NCBI GenBank assembly: GCA_900617105.1
Contig: UYFQ01000005.1
Span: 124,001 to 188,000 of the forward strand
Origin: Hydrurus foetidus
Taxonomy: Eukaryota
DNA: 64,000 nucleotides
Reading direction: 5' to 3'
The notes beneath the pieces are model-generated. The model saw only the letters and a list, made by a program, of their open reading frames with translations, did no database searches and was not told where the DNA came from. Shown here piece by piece: positions 1 to 10,146 of this stretch. Positions within the stretch are counted from its first letter, which is position 1. Each line of letters opens with the position of its first letter. The position numbers and the translations under genes are program-made.

Positions 1-654
1 CTGACAGGTCAGCCGAACCGTCAGAACCCGACTATCACCGGTAAATCGGCCGACTCTTCATTGATTTGTGGCGTTTTTTTGCTGCACCATACGGATTTAA
101 ACCCCTTGCTCTCGGCTCTGCCTGAATGGGTACAGATCAGTGTTTCTAAGGCTGGGGATATGCACAATTTGTCCGGTGTGTCGCGGCTTTTGGCAGAAGA
201 AGTCAAGCGATCAGCAAGGGGAAGCAGTTACGTGACCGAACGTTTACTTGAAGTTTTGTGTGTGGAATCGGTTCGCGCTTATGTTGAGAATTTCGCCGTG
301 CAAGACGTTGGATGGTTTCGTGCCCTGAAGGACCCGGTCGTTGGGCGGGCAATCGCGAGTATTCATCAAAGCCCCGGCAACCCTTGGACCGTGGACAAAA
401 TAGCGCACAACGTTGCGCTGTCGCCATCCCGGTTGGCAGCACGTTTTGTTGAAGCGATGGGCTTGAGTCCCATGGCATATGTGACGCAATGGCGAATGAA
501 TGTGGCGTGTCGCAAGCTGAGGGATTCTCGTTTGACGGTGGACCAAATTTCTGCGGACGTGGGATACGAAAGCCCGGCCGCTTTCAACCGGGCATTCAAG
601 AACCGACTGGGCTATTCACCCGCAGCGTGGCGATCGCAGCGAGTTGCCACCTGA
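1..654 (+). CDS. AraC-family transcriptional regulator (cupin + HTH, RclR-like), 5'-truncated by the window edge
   Basis: Frame 1 is open from base 1. C-terminal AraC HTH signature (PWTVDKIA..VALSPSRLAARF..PMAYVTQWRM..VGYESPAAFNRAFK). Confidence 0.9.
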   Translation: MTGQPNRQNPTITGKSADSSLICGVFLLHHTDLNPLLSALPEWVQISVSKAGDMHNLSGVSRLLAEEVKRSARGSSYVTERLLEVLCVESVRAYVENFAVQDVGWFRALKDPVVGRAIASIHQSPGNPWTVDKIAHNVALSPSRLAARFVEAMGLSPMAYVTQWRMNVACRKLRDSRLTVDQISADVGYESPAAFNRAFKNRLGYSPAAWRSQRVAT

Positions 655-739
655 ATATGCTCCGAGGCGTCCCCGCCGCTCAGCCTTAGCGAGCGGGTGC
701 AGGGCAGTGGAGGCAGCAAAAATCACCCAAACGCTCGCC

Positions 740-3601
740 TCAGGCTTCCACAGCCGCTGACACAGCCTCCACCCGCACCGCGCAATGCTTGAACCCCGGA
801 ATCTTTCCAAACGGGTCTAACGCCGCGTTGGTCAGCAAATTCGCCGCCGCTTCCGCGTAGGCAAACGGGATGAACACCGAGCCTTCGGGCGTGCCGTTGT
901 CCAAACGGGCCAGCAGCGTGACGCTGCCACGACGCGAGCGCACGGCAATGTGACCACCCGCAGGAACACCCAGCCGGGCCAAGTCTTTGGCGCACAGGCT
1001 CGCAGTGGCTTCAGACTCCAAAGCGTCCAACACAGTGGCCCGCCTCGTCATGCTGCCGGTGTGCCAATGCTCCAACTGACGGCCCGTGATGAGCGTGAAG
1101 GGGTAATCCGCATCGGCGCGTTCGTCAGCAGGGATGAGGCCAGCGGGGACGAGCTTCAAACGGCCATCAGCCGTTGCGAACTGGTTGATGAAGACGGTGG
1201 GCTGACCAGGGTCTTCGGCGCTCAGACAAGGGTAGGTGACGCTGCCCTCACGCTCCAAGCGTTCCCAGGTGATGCCCGCGATGGCGGTGTGCATGGCTTG
1301 ACGCATCTCCTCGTACACAGCGGCCACGCCATCGTGTTCGCCCGCATAGTTCCACTGCAAACCCAAGCCCGCAGCGAGCTGCTGGATGATCCACAAATCA
1401 GGCCGCGCATCGCCGGGGGCATCAATGGCTTTGCGGCCCATTTGCACCATGCGGTCGGTGTTGCTGACGGTGCCGGTTTTCTCGGGCCAAGCCGTCGCGG
1501 GCAGCACCACGTCAGCGAGCCACGCGGTTTCGGTCATGAAGATGTCTTGCACCACCAGATGCTCAAGAGAAGCCAAGGCGTGGCGGGCGTGGTTCAAGTC
1601 AGGGTCGCTCATGGCGGGGTTTTCGCCCATCACGTACATGCCGCGTATTTTGTGCGGATCGCTGTCATCAGCGAGCGCCTTGTGCATGATTTCAACCACC
1701 GTGTAGCCGGGGGTTTTGTCCAACGGTGTTTGCCAGAAATCTTCAAACCAAGCGTGGGCAGCTGCGTTGTCCACGCGCTGGTAGTTGGGGAACATCATCG
1801 GGATCAAACCCGCGTCGCTGGCACCTTGCACGTTGTTTTGTCCGCGCAAAGGGTGCAAGCCGCTGCCGGGTTTGCCGATTTGGCCGGTGACGGCGCACAG
1901 CGCGATCAGGCAACGGGCGTTGTCGGTGCCGTGAACGTGCTGACTGATACCCATGCCCCACAGGATCATCGCGCTTTTGGCGGTGGCGAAGGCACGGGCC
2001 ACCTCGCGGATGGTTTCCGCCGGGATGCCACAAACCGGAGCCATCGCTTCGGGGCTGAAGTTGGCCACGTTTTCGGCCAGAGCGCTGTAGTTATGGGTGC
2101 GGTCAGCTATAAATTGCGTAGCAACCAGCCCCTCTTCAATCACCGTGTGGATCATGGCGTTGAGCAGAGCGACATCGCTGTCGGGCTTGAACTGCATCGT
2201 GCGCCACGCATGGCGGCCCATGTCGGTGATGCGCGGGTCAGCGAGGACGATTTTGGCACCACGCTGGGAAGCGTTTTTCATCCAGGTGGCGGCAACGGGG
2301 TGGTTGGCCGTGGGGTTGGAGCCGATCACCATGATGAGCTCGGCATGCTCCACGTCATTCACTTGGTTGCTGACAGCCCCTGAGCCCACGCCCTCCAGCA
2401 GTGCCGCAACGCTGGACGCATGGCACAAGCGGGTGCAGTGGTCGACGTTGTTTGAGCCAAAGCCGGTACGCACCAGTTTTTGGAACAGGTAGGCTTCTTC
2501 GTTCGTGCCTTTGGCGCTGCCAAAACCGGCGAGCGATTTGGGGCCGTAGCCATCGCGCAGCCCCGTTAATTTGCCCGTGGTCAGGGCCAGCGCTTCTTCC
2601 CAGGTGGCTTCGCGGAAGACTTCGCGCCAATCGGCATCGCGCACCGAGATGCGGGCGTTGAGCGCCTCTGCGTCTTTGGGCACATCAGCGCGGCGAATCA
2701 AGGGCACGGTGAGGCGACCCGCATGGTGAACGTAGTCGAAGCCAAACCGGCCTTTGACGCACAAGCGGCTTTGGTTGGCCGGGCCATCGCGACCATCCAC
2801 GCCGACGATTTTGTCGTCGCGCACCTTGTAGGTCAGCAAGCAGCCCACGCCGCAGAACGGGCAGACGGAATCGACGGCTTTATCGACGACTTGAGGGCCG
2901 ATAAGGGTCTTGGGGCTGAGTGCGCCGGTGGGGCAGGCTTGGACGCATTCCCCGCAAGCCACACAGCTGCTTTCGCCCATCGCATCGTTCAGGTCGAACA
3001 CGATCTCGCTGTGCGCCCCGCGTTTGGCGTAGCCGATCACGTCGTTCACCTGCTCTTCGCGACAGGCACGCACGCAGCGGTTGCACTGGATGCAAGCATC
3101 CAAGTTGACGGCCATCGCGGGATGAGACACGTCAGACGGGGGCTGTTCGCGGCGCAACGCTTTGAGTGCAGGTCGCACCGTCACGTCCATTGCGGTCGCC
3201 CAAGCGCTGAGTTCGCCATGCTGCTGGGTGGCATCGTCTTTACCCTGCGCATCGGCCAGCCATTTGTGCCCGGTGTCGGGCATGTCGGACAGCAGCATCT
3301 CCAGCACCATCTGCTGGCTTTTGAGCGCGCGAGGGCTGTTGGTTTGAACCGTCATCCCCGCTGTGGCCACACGGCAGCAGCTGGGAGCCAACGTGCGCTC
3401 ACCCGCCACTTCGACAACACACGCGCGGCAGTTGCCATCGGGGCGCATGCCGTCTGTGTAGCAAAGGTGGGGAATGTCAATGCCATGGCGCTGAGCGGCT
3501 TTGAAGAGGGTTTCGCCCTCGTAGGCCTGGATAGCGAGATTATTGAGTTGCAGGTCAACCATGATGGGGGTGACTTCGGCTCGTGTGGCTGGTGCGTTCA
3601 T
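740..3601 (-). CDS. fdhF: NAD-dependent formate dehydrogenase alpha subunit (molybdopterin Mo/W, N-terminal Fe-S domains; FdwA/Fdh1A-like)
   Basis: 2Fe-2S motif (HLC..GNCRACVVE), two 4Fe-4S CxxCxxCxxxC motifs, CPFCGVGC, active-site DHCTRLCH (Cys, not Sec), LRGQNNVQG. Confidence 0.95.
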   Translation of the reverse strand: MNAPATRAEVTPIMVDLQLNNLAIQAYEGETLFKAAQRHGIDIPHLCYTDGMRPDGNCRACVVEVAGERTLAPSCCRVATAGMTVQTNSPRALKSQQMVLEMLLSDMPDTGHKWLADAQGKDDATQQHGELSAWATAMDVTVRPALKALRREQPPSDVSHPAMAVNLDACIQCNRCVRACREEQVNDVIGYAKRGAHSEIVFDLNDAMGESSCVACGECVQACPTGALSPKTLIGPQVVDKAVDSVCPFCGVGCLLTYKVRDDKIVGVDGRDGPANQSRLCVKGRFGFDYVHHAGRLTVPLIRRADVPKDAEALNARISVRDADWREVFREATWEEALALTTGKLTGLRDGYGPKSLAGFGSAKGTNEEAYLFQKLVRTGFGSNNVDHCTRLCHASSVAALLEGVGSGAVSNQVNDVEHAELIMVIGSNPTANHPVAATWMKNASQRGAKIVLADPRITDMGRHAWRTMQFKPDSDVALLNAMIHTVIEEGLVATQFIADRTHNYSALAENVANFSPEAMAPVCGIPAETIREVARAFATAKSAMILWGMGISQHVHGTDNARCLIALCAVTGQIGKPGSGLHPLRGQNNVQGASDAGLIPMMFPNYQRVDNAAAHAWFEDFWQTPLDKTPGYTVVEIMHKALADDSDPHKIRGMYVMGENPAMSDPDLNHARHALASLEHLVVQDIFMTETAWLADVVLPATAWPEKTGTVSNTDRMVQMGRKAIDAPGDARPDLWIIQQLAAGLGLQWNYAGEHDGVAAVYEEMRQAMHTAIAGITWERLEREGSVTYPCLSAEDPGQPTVFINQFATADGRLKLVPAGLIPADERADADYPFTLITGRQLEHWHTGSMTRRATVLDALESEATASLCAKDLARLGVPAGGHIAVRSRRGSVTLLARLDNGTPEGSVFIPFAYAEAAANLLTNAALDPFGKIPGFKHCAVRVEAVSAAVEA
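2105..2153 (+). repeat. Dispersed fixed-spacing motif, partial copy (in FDH alpha)
   Basis: AGCTATAAATTGCGTAGC; only the left half matches. Confidence 0.5.
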
Positions 3602-5418
3602 GCGGCGCTCCCGATTTCTTGGGGAAAGTATTTTTGAATGCTGCGAATCGGGTTAGGCGCGGCCTGCCCGAGTCCGCAGATGGAGGCGTCACCCATGACT
3701 TGGCTCAAGTCCTCCAGCGTGTCGTTGTCCCACACGGGGGACTGCATCAGTTGGGCGGCTTTGGCGGTGCCGACGCGGCAGGGGGTGCATTGGCCGCAGC
3801 TTTCTTCCTCGAAGAAACGCATCACGTTCAGTGCTGCGTCGCGGGCTTTGTCGTGGTGGCCTAGGACGATGACGGCGGCCGAGCCTATGAAGCAGCCGTA
3901 GGGTTGCAGGGTGTCGAAATCCAGCGGGATGTTGTTAAGAGAAGCGGGCAGGATGCCGCCGCTGGCGCCGCCGGGCAGGTAGGCGTAGAGCTGGTGGCCG
4001 TCCGCCATGCCGCCGCAGTGCTCGTCAATCAGCTCTTGCAGCGTGATGCCTGCGGGGGCGATTTTGACGCCGGGCTGCTTGACCCGGCCACTGACGCTGA
4101 ACGAGCGAAAGCCTTTACGTCCGTGGCGGCCTTGCTCAACGAACCACTGGGGGCCGTGCTCGATGAGGTCGCGCACCCAGTACAGGGTTTCGAAGTTGTG
4201 CTCTAGCGTGGGGCGACCAAAAAGGCCAACTTGGGCAATGTAGGGTGGGCGCATGCGGGGCTCACCGCGTTTGCCTTCTATGCTCTCGATCATGGCGGAC
4301 TCTTCGCCGCAGATGTAGGCGCCGGCACCGCGACGCAGCTCAATCAAGGGCAAATTAGGGTATGGCGGATCGGCACGCAGCTTGGCCAATTCGGTGGTCA
4401 ACATGGCGCGGCAGTCATGGTATTCGTCGCGCAGATAAATGTAGATGGCGCTAATGCCTACGACTTGGGCGGCGATCAACATGCCCTCTAAAAATCGGTG
4501 CGGGTCGCGCTCCAGGTAGAAACGGTCTTTGAAGGTGCCGGGCTCGCCTTCGTCGATATTGACGGCCATGAGCTTGGGCGCAGACTCACCCCGCACGATG
4601 CGCCACTTGCGCCCTGCCGGAAAGCCCGCACCGCCTAAGCCACGAAGGCCCGAGTTTTCCATCGTTTTAAGGACAGCCTCCGTGTCTTGGGTGCCGGTGG
4701 CCAGGGCTGTGGCGAGGGCATAACCGCCCTCAGCACGGTAGGTGGCGTAATCTAAATTAATAGCTGAATTTGCATATGGATATTGCTGAAAAGGCACTTT
4801 TGATGCTGAAATTTCGCTCAAAACAACCGATTGCAAAATGTCCAGATCAGCATGAGGCACCGCACGCTGGCCCACCAGTGCAGCAGGGGCTTGCTCGCAG
4901 CGACCTATGCAGGGGGCTGCGATCACGCGGATATCGGCCTTACCCTCTTCACCACCCAAGATAGCGGGCAAACGGGCCAGCAAATCCTGCGCACCCGCCA
5001 GCGAACAGGCCAAGCCGTCGCACACCCGCACGGTCAGGCTGGGGGCGTGACCGTCGCCGTTCTCATCCCCTTTGACGACTTCAAAGTGGTGGTAGAAGGT
5101 GGCGACCTCGTACACCTCGGCCATCGAGAGCTTCATGGTTTTGGCCAAGGCCACCAGATGGCGGTCGTGCAAACAGCGGTAGGTGTCGTTCAGGCAGTGC
5201 AAATGCTCGATGAGCAAATCACGCCGGTAGCCGGTGGCGGGCTTCTCGCCGATCAATGCCTGCACCTCGGCCAGTGACACGTCGTCAGGCTGGCGGCCTT
5301 TGAGTTTGCTTTTGCGGTTGTTATCACGGCGCAAGCGCTCGCGCAACGCATCGGCAGTGGCCAGCAGGACGACGTTTTCAACAGCTTGGGGGGCAGTGCG
5401 TGGGGGGAGAAGGTTCAT
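3598..5418 (-). CDS. Formate dehydrogenase beta subunit (NuoE-like + NuoF-like fusion; FMN/NADH binding)
   Basis: EVATFYHHF, CDGLAC and CIGRC (NuoE-like); GLRGLGGAGFP, DEGEPGTFKD, GAGAYICGEE, SCGQCTPCRVG (NuoF-like). 4-bp overlap with the alpha gene. Confidence 0.93.
   Translation of the reverse strand: MNLLPPRTAPQAVENVVLLATADALRERLRRDNNRKSKLKGRQPDDVSLAEVQALIGEKPATGYRRDLLIEHLHCLNDTYRCLHDRHLVALAKTMKLSMAEVYEVATFYHHFEVVKGDENGDGHAPSLTVRVCDGLACSLAGAQDLLARLPAILGGEEGKADIRVIAAPCIGRCEQAPAALVGQRAVPHADLDILQSVVLSEISASKVPFQQYPYANSAINLDYATYRAEGGYALATALATGTQDTEAVLKTMENSGLRGLGGAGFPAGRKWRIVRGESAPKLMAVNIDEGEPGTFKDRFYLERDPHRFLEGMLIAAQVVGISAIYIYLRDEYHDCRAMLTTELAKLRADPPYPNLPLIELRRGAGAYICGEESAMIESIEGKRGEPRMRPPYIAQVGLFGRPTLEHNFETLYWVRDLIEHGPQWFVEQGRHGRKGFRSFSVSGRVKQPGVKIAPAGITLQELIDEHCGGMADGHQLYAYLPGGASGGILPASLNNIPLDFDTLQPYGCFIGSAAVIVLGHHDKARDAALNVMRFFEEESCGQCTPCRVGTAKAAQLMQSPVWDNDTLEDLSQVMGDASICGLGQAAPNPIRSIQKYFPQEIGSAA
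4747..4795 (+). repeat. Dispersed motif copy (FDH beta interdomain linker)
   Basis: GTAATCTAAATTAAT AGC TGAATTT GC ATATGGATATT GC TGAAA AGGC; left end degenerate. Confidence 0.6.
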
Positions 5419-5462
5419 GGCAGCTTTAAGAAACGACTTCAGAGGGTCAGGGATTCAGACGG

Positions 5463-7091
5463 TCAATTGAAAAATTTGGCAACGCTTTGCAATGTACGGT
5501 AGACACCCCAGGCCAGCGGAATACCCACGGCCATCCAAGCGACAACCACCACGGCGGGGCTGACGGTATCGCTGGCACTGCCACTGCCCTGCACTTCAGA
5601 GGCCGCTGCCTTTTCGTGGGCGAGACGTTTTTCAGCGGCCAGCTCGGTGTCCGTCATGAACCATTTATCGGCCAACGGGCGCACCATCAGGTTGCACACC
5701 AGACCAATCACCAACATTCCCACCAGGATGTACATGGTTTGGTTGTAGACCTGCTCACGCGGGATACCCATGCCCAGTTGGTACTCGCGCATGTAGTTCA
5801 CGACGACGGGGCCCAGCACACCAGCGGTGGCCCAGGCGGTCAGTAAACGGCCGTGGATAGCGCCCACCATCTGCGTGCCAAAGATGTCCGCCAAGTAAGC
5901 GGGCACCGTGGCAAAACCGCCGCCGTACATGCTCAAAATCACACAGAATGCGCCCACAAACAAGGCCACACTGCCCGCAGCTGCACTGCCAGGAATGCTG
6001 AAGTACATCACGCCACCCAACACAAAAAAGACGATGTAGGTGACTTTGCGGCCCAGTTTGTCAGACAGGCTGGCCCAAAAGAAGCGCCCGCCGATGTTGA
6101 ACAAGCTCAGCAGCGCGGTAAAGCCTGCGGCCACACTGGCAATGGCGGCCAGTTGGGTTTTGTCCAGCTCTCCGAACTTCTTGGCCACACCAATGAGCGA
6201 GCCACCAAACACCTCTTGCAGCATGGGGGATGCCATGCCGATCACACCGATACCGGCGCTGACGTTCATGCACAGCACCATCCAGATCAACCAAAACTGC
6301 GGAATGCCCCAAACCTTGCTGACATGCACATGGCGTTGGGTGATCATGGTGTTGTTGACTTGGGCTGGGGGTGGAGTCCAGCCTGCGGGCTTCCAACCTG
6401 TCTCCGGGATGCGGTAGCCAAAGGCACCGAACATCATGAACACGAAGTAAATCAGCGCCATCACCACAAAGGTTTGCGCCACGCCCACGCTGGTGGGGCT
6501 GGCAAAGTACTTCATCAGGTCAGCGGCCAAGGGCGAGCCAATCATCGCGCCGCCGCCGAAACCCATGATCGCCATGCCGGTGGCCATGCCCCGGCGGTCA
6601 GGGAACCATTTGATAAGAGTAGAGACGGGCGAGATGTAGCCCAGACCCAGGCCAATGCCACCGATCACACCCGAGCCCAAAATCATCAGCCAAAACTGGT
6701 GCAGGTAGACACCCAGGGCAGAAATCAACATGCCGCCGCACCAGCACACCGCTGACACCACACCCGCTTTGCGCGGGCCAGCACGCTCCAACCAGCCGCC
6801 CCAGGTGGCTGCGGACGAACCCAGCAGCACAAAAAACAGGGTGTACATCCAGCCGAGGGTGGAGATTTTCCAGTCACAGCTGCTGGTAAACAGCTCAGCA
6901 AAAAAACCCACATCCGGGCCGCATTTGATAGCGTCTTTGATGCCCAACGCTTTTGAGAGCGGCAGCCAAAAGACCGAGAAGCCATACGCCATGCCAATGC
7001 ACAGGTGAATCGCCAACGCGGCAGGGGGAACCAGCCAGCGGTTAAAGCCTGGCCCCGCGATGATCCGCTCTTTGTCCAAAATTCCAGTCAT
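5463..7091 (-). CDS. OFA-family MFS transporter (oxalate/formate antiporter-like)
   Basis: Multi-TM protein with GFNRWLVPPAALAIHLCIG and KWFPDRRGMATG motifs. Start placed at ATG 7091. Confidence 0.9.
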   Translation of the reverse strand: MTGILDKERIIAGPGFNRWLVPPAALAIHLCIGMAYGFSVFWLPLSKALGIKDAIKCGPDVGFFAELFTSSCDWKISTLGWMYTLFFVLLGSSAATWGGWLERAGPRKAGVVSAVCWCGGMLISALGVYLHQFWLMILGSGVIGGIGLGLGYISPVSTLIKWFPDRRGMATGMAIMGFGGGAMIGSPLAADLMKYFASPTSVGVAQTFVVMALIYFVFMMFGAFGYRIPETGWKPAGWTPPPAQVNNTMITQRHVHVSKVWGIPQFWLIWMVLCMNVSAGIGVIGMASPMLQEVFGGSLIGVAKKFGELDKTQLAAIASVAAGFTALLSLFNIGGRFFWASLSDKLGRKVTYIVFFVLGGVMYFSIPGSAAAGSVALFVGAFCVILSMYGGGFATVPAYLADIFGTQMVGAIHGRLLTAWATAGVLGPVVVNYMREYQLGMGIPREQVYNQTMYILVGMLVIGLVCNLMVRPLADKWFMTDTELAAEKRLAHEKAAASEVQGSGSASDTVSPAVVVVAWMAVGIPLAWGVYRTLQSVAKFFN

Positions 7092-7263
7092 GCTTGTCTC
7101 CGGTAGATTTTTGATTTGCCCCCGCACGCTTGCGGTTTGTCCGGCGATGGAGTGTCAACGCCCAACACAAAGCCATCAAATTCTTTCTCCGCATGTGGAC
7201 ATTCAAAAACTAAATGCGGCACCGCAGCAATTACGCAACGTCAAAATAAAAAGCGCAGCCGCA

Positions 7264-8208
7264 TCAAACAGCCAGCAAGCCACTGTGGGCCGCTGCGTGG
7301 CGCAGCCAAGTTTCGTCTTGCGCCAAAGCCATCGCGGCTTGCAGTGCGCGTGAGGCTTGTGCAGTGCCGTGCAGCATGAAGCCAATCGGTGTGCGTACAT
7401 CGGGGCCGACCAGTGCAAGGGCTTCCAGTTCGGCATAGCCACGCACGGTGCCCACCAGTGCGCCGGGCATCACGCTGCACACATTGCCCGCCACCACGCT
7501 CAGCGCCATGGTGAGGATGGAGTTGGTTTCGATCACGGGTTTGACAGGCGTACCCGCTGTGGTGAACGCCGCATCGACGATGGTGCGGTTGTGCATATCG
7601 GGCGTGAGCAAGCACAACGGCTGCAAGGCCGCGTCTGCCCAACGCAACTGCGGGCCAAACTGCAACTGCGATGCATGGGGCTTTGCAGCACGGCGCAGCA
7701 AAAAATAATGCTCAACGTACTGCGGTAAAGCGATCAGCTTGGTGCTCTGCAAACGCATGCGCTCGCTGTACCCCAAAGCCAAATCCACGGACAGGCTTTC
7801 AAGCCCCGTCTCAAGTTCAGATGAACTCATCGACAGCACCACGGGCACAATGCCGGGGTGACGGGCTTGCAACATGGCAGAAAACCGAGCCGCAATCGGG
7901 ATCGCTGTGGGAATAGCAGCAATGCGCAGCGCCCCTGTGGGTTGATGGGCCTCGCTGGCCAGCTCTTCTTGCAGCACCCGGTGCTCGTGCAGCATGCGCT
8001 GGGCAGAGGCCAGTACCCGCTCGCCCTCGGGTGTCAGGCCCGCGTAGGTGCGGCTGCGCTTGATGATGACCACGCCAAAATCTTGCTCCAACGCCCGCAA
8101 GGCGTTAGAGAGCGCTGGCTGGGTGATGTGGCACGACTGCGCGGCACGGGCAAAGTGCCGGTGCTCGCTCAACGCCACCAAATAGCGCATGGAAGCGAGC
8201 AAATTCAT
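7264..8208 (-). CDS. LysR-family transcriptional regulator
   Basis: N-terminal HFARAAQSCHITQPALSNAL HTH; 314 aa. Confidence 0.93.
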   Translation of the reverse strand: MNLLASMRYLVALSEHRHFARAAQSCHITQPALSNALRALEQDFGVVIIKRSRTYAGLTPEGERVLASAQRMLHEHRVLQEELASEAHQPTGALRIAAIPTAIPIAARFSAMLQARHPGIVPVVLSMSSSELETGLESLSVDLALGYSERMRLQSTKLIALPQYVEHYFLLRRAAKPHASQLQFGPQLRWADAALQPLCLLTPDMHNRTIVDAAFTTAGTPVKPVIETNSILTMALSVVAGNVCSVMPGALVGTVRGYAELEALALVGPDVRTPIGFMLHGTAQASRALQAAMALAQDETWLRHAAAHSGLLAV

Positions 8209-8223
8209 ACCACCTTACCCCCG

Positions 8224-9081
8224 TTACCCTTGCTGCAGCCGCGCATGGTGAAACCGCAAGTGGTCTTCCATGAAGCTGCTGATGAAGTAATAACCGTGAT
8301 CGTACCCGGCATGACGGCGCAGGGTGAGAGGCTGGTTTGCACGGGCACAGGCTTGCTCGAAGCGCTCAGGCAGCAGTTGCTCCGCCAAGAATTTATCGCC
8401 CAGCCCTTGGTCAATCAAGATACCTTGGGGAAACGGCGTTTGAGAAGCTGCCATCAAGGCACTGGCATCGTGTTGCGCCCAGGCCGCGCGGTCATCCCCC
8501 AGATAGCCGGTGAAGGCTTTGTGGCCCCAAGGGCATTCCGTGGGTGCGCAAATGGGGGCAAAGGCCGAGACGGATTTGAACAAAGCCGGGTGGCGCAAGG
8601 CCAAAGTCAGCGCACCATGCCCGCCCATTGAATGGCCAAAGATGCCTATCTGATTGCCCAGCAAAGGCAAAGCGTCCACCACCAGCGGCAGCAGCTCTTG
8701 GGTCAGGTAGCTTTCCATGCGGTAGTGGGTGGCCCAGAGCGCACGGGTCGCGTCCAGGTAAAACCCCGCCGCCACACCAAAATCCCAAGCGTCTGATTCA
8801 CCGGGAACCTGCGCCCCGCGTGGGCTGGTGTCGGGCGCCATCAGCGCCACACCCAGCTCAGCCGCCACGCGCTGCGCACCGGCCTTGGTCATGAAGGTTT
8901 CTTCGTTGCACGTCAGCCCGGCAAGGTAGAGCAAAGCAGGCACTTTGCCCTGCGCAGCTTGGGGTGGCAAAAAAACCGAAAACCGCATCGGCAAGCCGAT
9001 TTCACACGACGTATGTTCGTAAAAACGCTGCACACCGCCGAAGCAGGCGTGTTCGGAGAGGGTTTTGAGGGGTTCTGCCAT
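8224..9081 (-). CDS. fghA: S-formylglutathione hydrolase
   Basis: LAGLTCNEETF, GHSMGGHG nucleophile elbow, GYDHGYYF. Confidence 0.95.
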   Translation of the reverse strand: MAEPLKTLSEHACFGGVQRFYEHTSCEIGLPMRFSVFLPPQAAQGKVPALLYLAGLTCNEETFMTKAGAQRVAAELGVALMAPDTSPRGAQVPGESDAWDFGVAAGFYLDATRALWATHYRMESYLTQELLPLVVDALPLLGNQIGIFGHSMGGHGALTLALRHPALFKSVSAFAPICAPTECPWGHKAFTGYLGDDRAAWAQHDASALMAASQTPFPQGILIDQGLGDKFLAEQLLPERFEQACARANQPLTLRRHAGYDHGYYFISSFMEDHLRFHHARLQQG

Positions 9082-9091
9082 GGCTTAGTTT

Positions 9092-10021
9092 TTATCGCTG
9101 ACTGTTCATCATTGAGCGGCGTGCATTCACCAACTCCATCACCGCATCAGCAAACACCTGCGGCAGCTCTTGCGGCATGTTGTGGCCGACTCCGGGCACC
9201 AGCCGGTGCGAGCGTGGCCCGCTGAATTGCGGGGCATGGGCAGCCGCCGCTGCTGGGGGGCGCACGCCGTCGTCCATGCCATCGAAGGTGAGGGTCGGCA
9301 CGGTGATAACAGGCTGGAAGGCCAGACGACGCTCGATATCGGCATAGGCCGGGTCGCCAAGAACCAAGCCAAAGCGGTGGCGGTAGGAGTGGATCACGAC
9401 CTCTACGAAATCGGGGTTATCCATTGCCAATGCGCTGCGTTCAAACGTGGCATCGTCAAAGTGCCATGTGGGCGACCACTGTTGCCACAGCAGCCTGCAC
9501 ACCGCCCGCCTATCGGCCAGCAACGCGGCACGGCCACGCTCGCTGTGAAAGTAGTACTGGTACCAGAGGCGATGCTCATCCTCGGGTGGCTCAGGCAGCA
9601 TCGCTTTGGCGATGTTTTGGATGTTGTAACTGTTGAACGACACCAGCCCCGCGCAGCGCTCAGGCCACAACGCCGCCACGACACAGGCCGCACGCCCGCC
9701 CCAGTCGTAACCTGCCAACACGGCACTTGGCACCGCCAGCGCGTCCATCAACGCCAGTAAATCAGCCCCTAAAGCGGCCTGCTCGCCAGAGCGTGGGGTA
9801 GTGTCACTGAGAAATCGAGTGCCGCCATAGCCCCGCAGATAAGGCACGATGACGCGACAGCCTTGTGTTGCCAGCAGCGGAGCGACCTCGGCATAGGCAT
9901 GAATGTCATAAGGAAAGCCGTGCATCAGCAGCACAGGCACGCCGTTGGAGGGGCCCATCTCGGCATAGGCCACATGGAGCACACCCGCCCGCACCGTGCG
10001 CAAAGAGTCCATAGCAACCAT
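9092..10021 (-). CDS. Alpha/beta hydrolase (epoxide hydrolase-like, Asp nucleophile)
   Basis: HGFP, GYDWGG and C-terminal GVGHN motifs. Confidence 0.85.
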   Translation of the reverse strand: MVAMDSLRTVRAGVLHVAYAEMGPSNGVPVLLMHGFPYDIHAYAEVAPLLATQGCRVIVPYLRGYGGTRFLSDTTPRSGEQAALGADLLALMDALAVPSAVLAGYDWGGRAACVVAALWPERCAGLVSFNSYNIQNIAKAMLPEPPEDEHRLWYQYYFHSERGRAALLADRRAVCRLLWQQWSPTWHFDDATFERSALAMDNPDFVEVVIHSYRHRFGLVLGDPAYADIERRLAFQPVITVPTLTFDGMDDGVRPPAAAAAHAPQFSGPRSHRLVPGVGHNMPQELPQVFADAVMELVNARRSMMNSQR

Positions 10022-10044
10022 TGCCGTTTCCTTGTCCTGTGCGT

Positions 10045-10114
10045 TTAAAACAGCACCACGCCGCGAATCGACTCGCCGCGCTTCATCAGCTCAAAGCCTT
10101 TGTTGATGTCTTCC

Positions 10115-10146
<32 letters not shown>

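Noticed and set aside
950..2383. 477-aa plus-strand ORF and similar long antisense ORFs (2723-3637, 5853-6755, 13101-14150, 48256-49281, 56189-57043)
   Set aside because: Shadow frames opposite well-supported genes in GC-rich DNA; no recognisable motifs.
2410..2450. Possible selenocysteine in FDH alpha
   Set aside because: The active site reads CTRLCH with Cys codons and there is no in-frame TGA.
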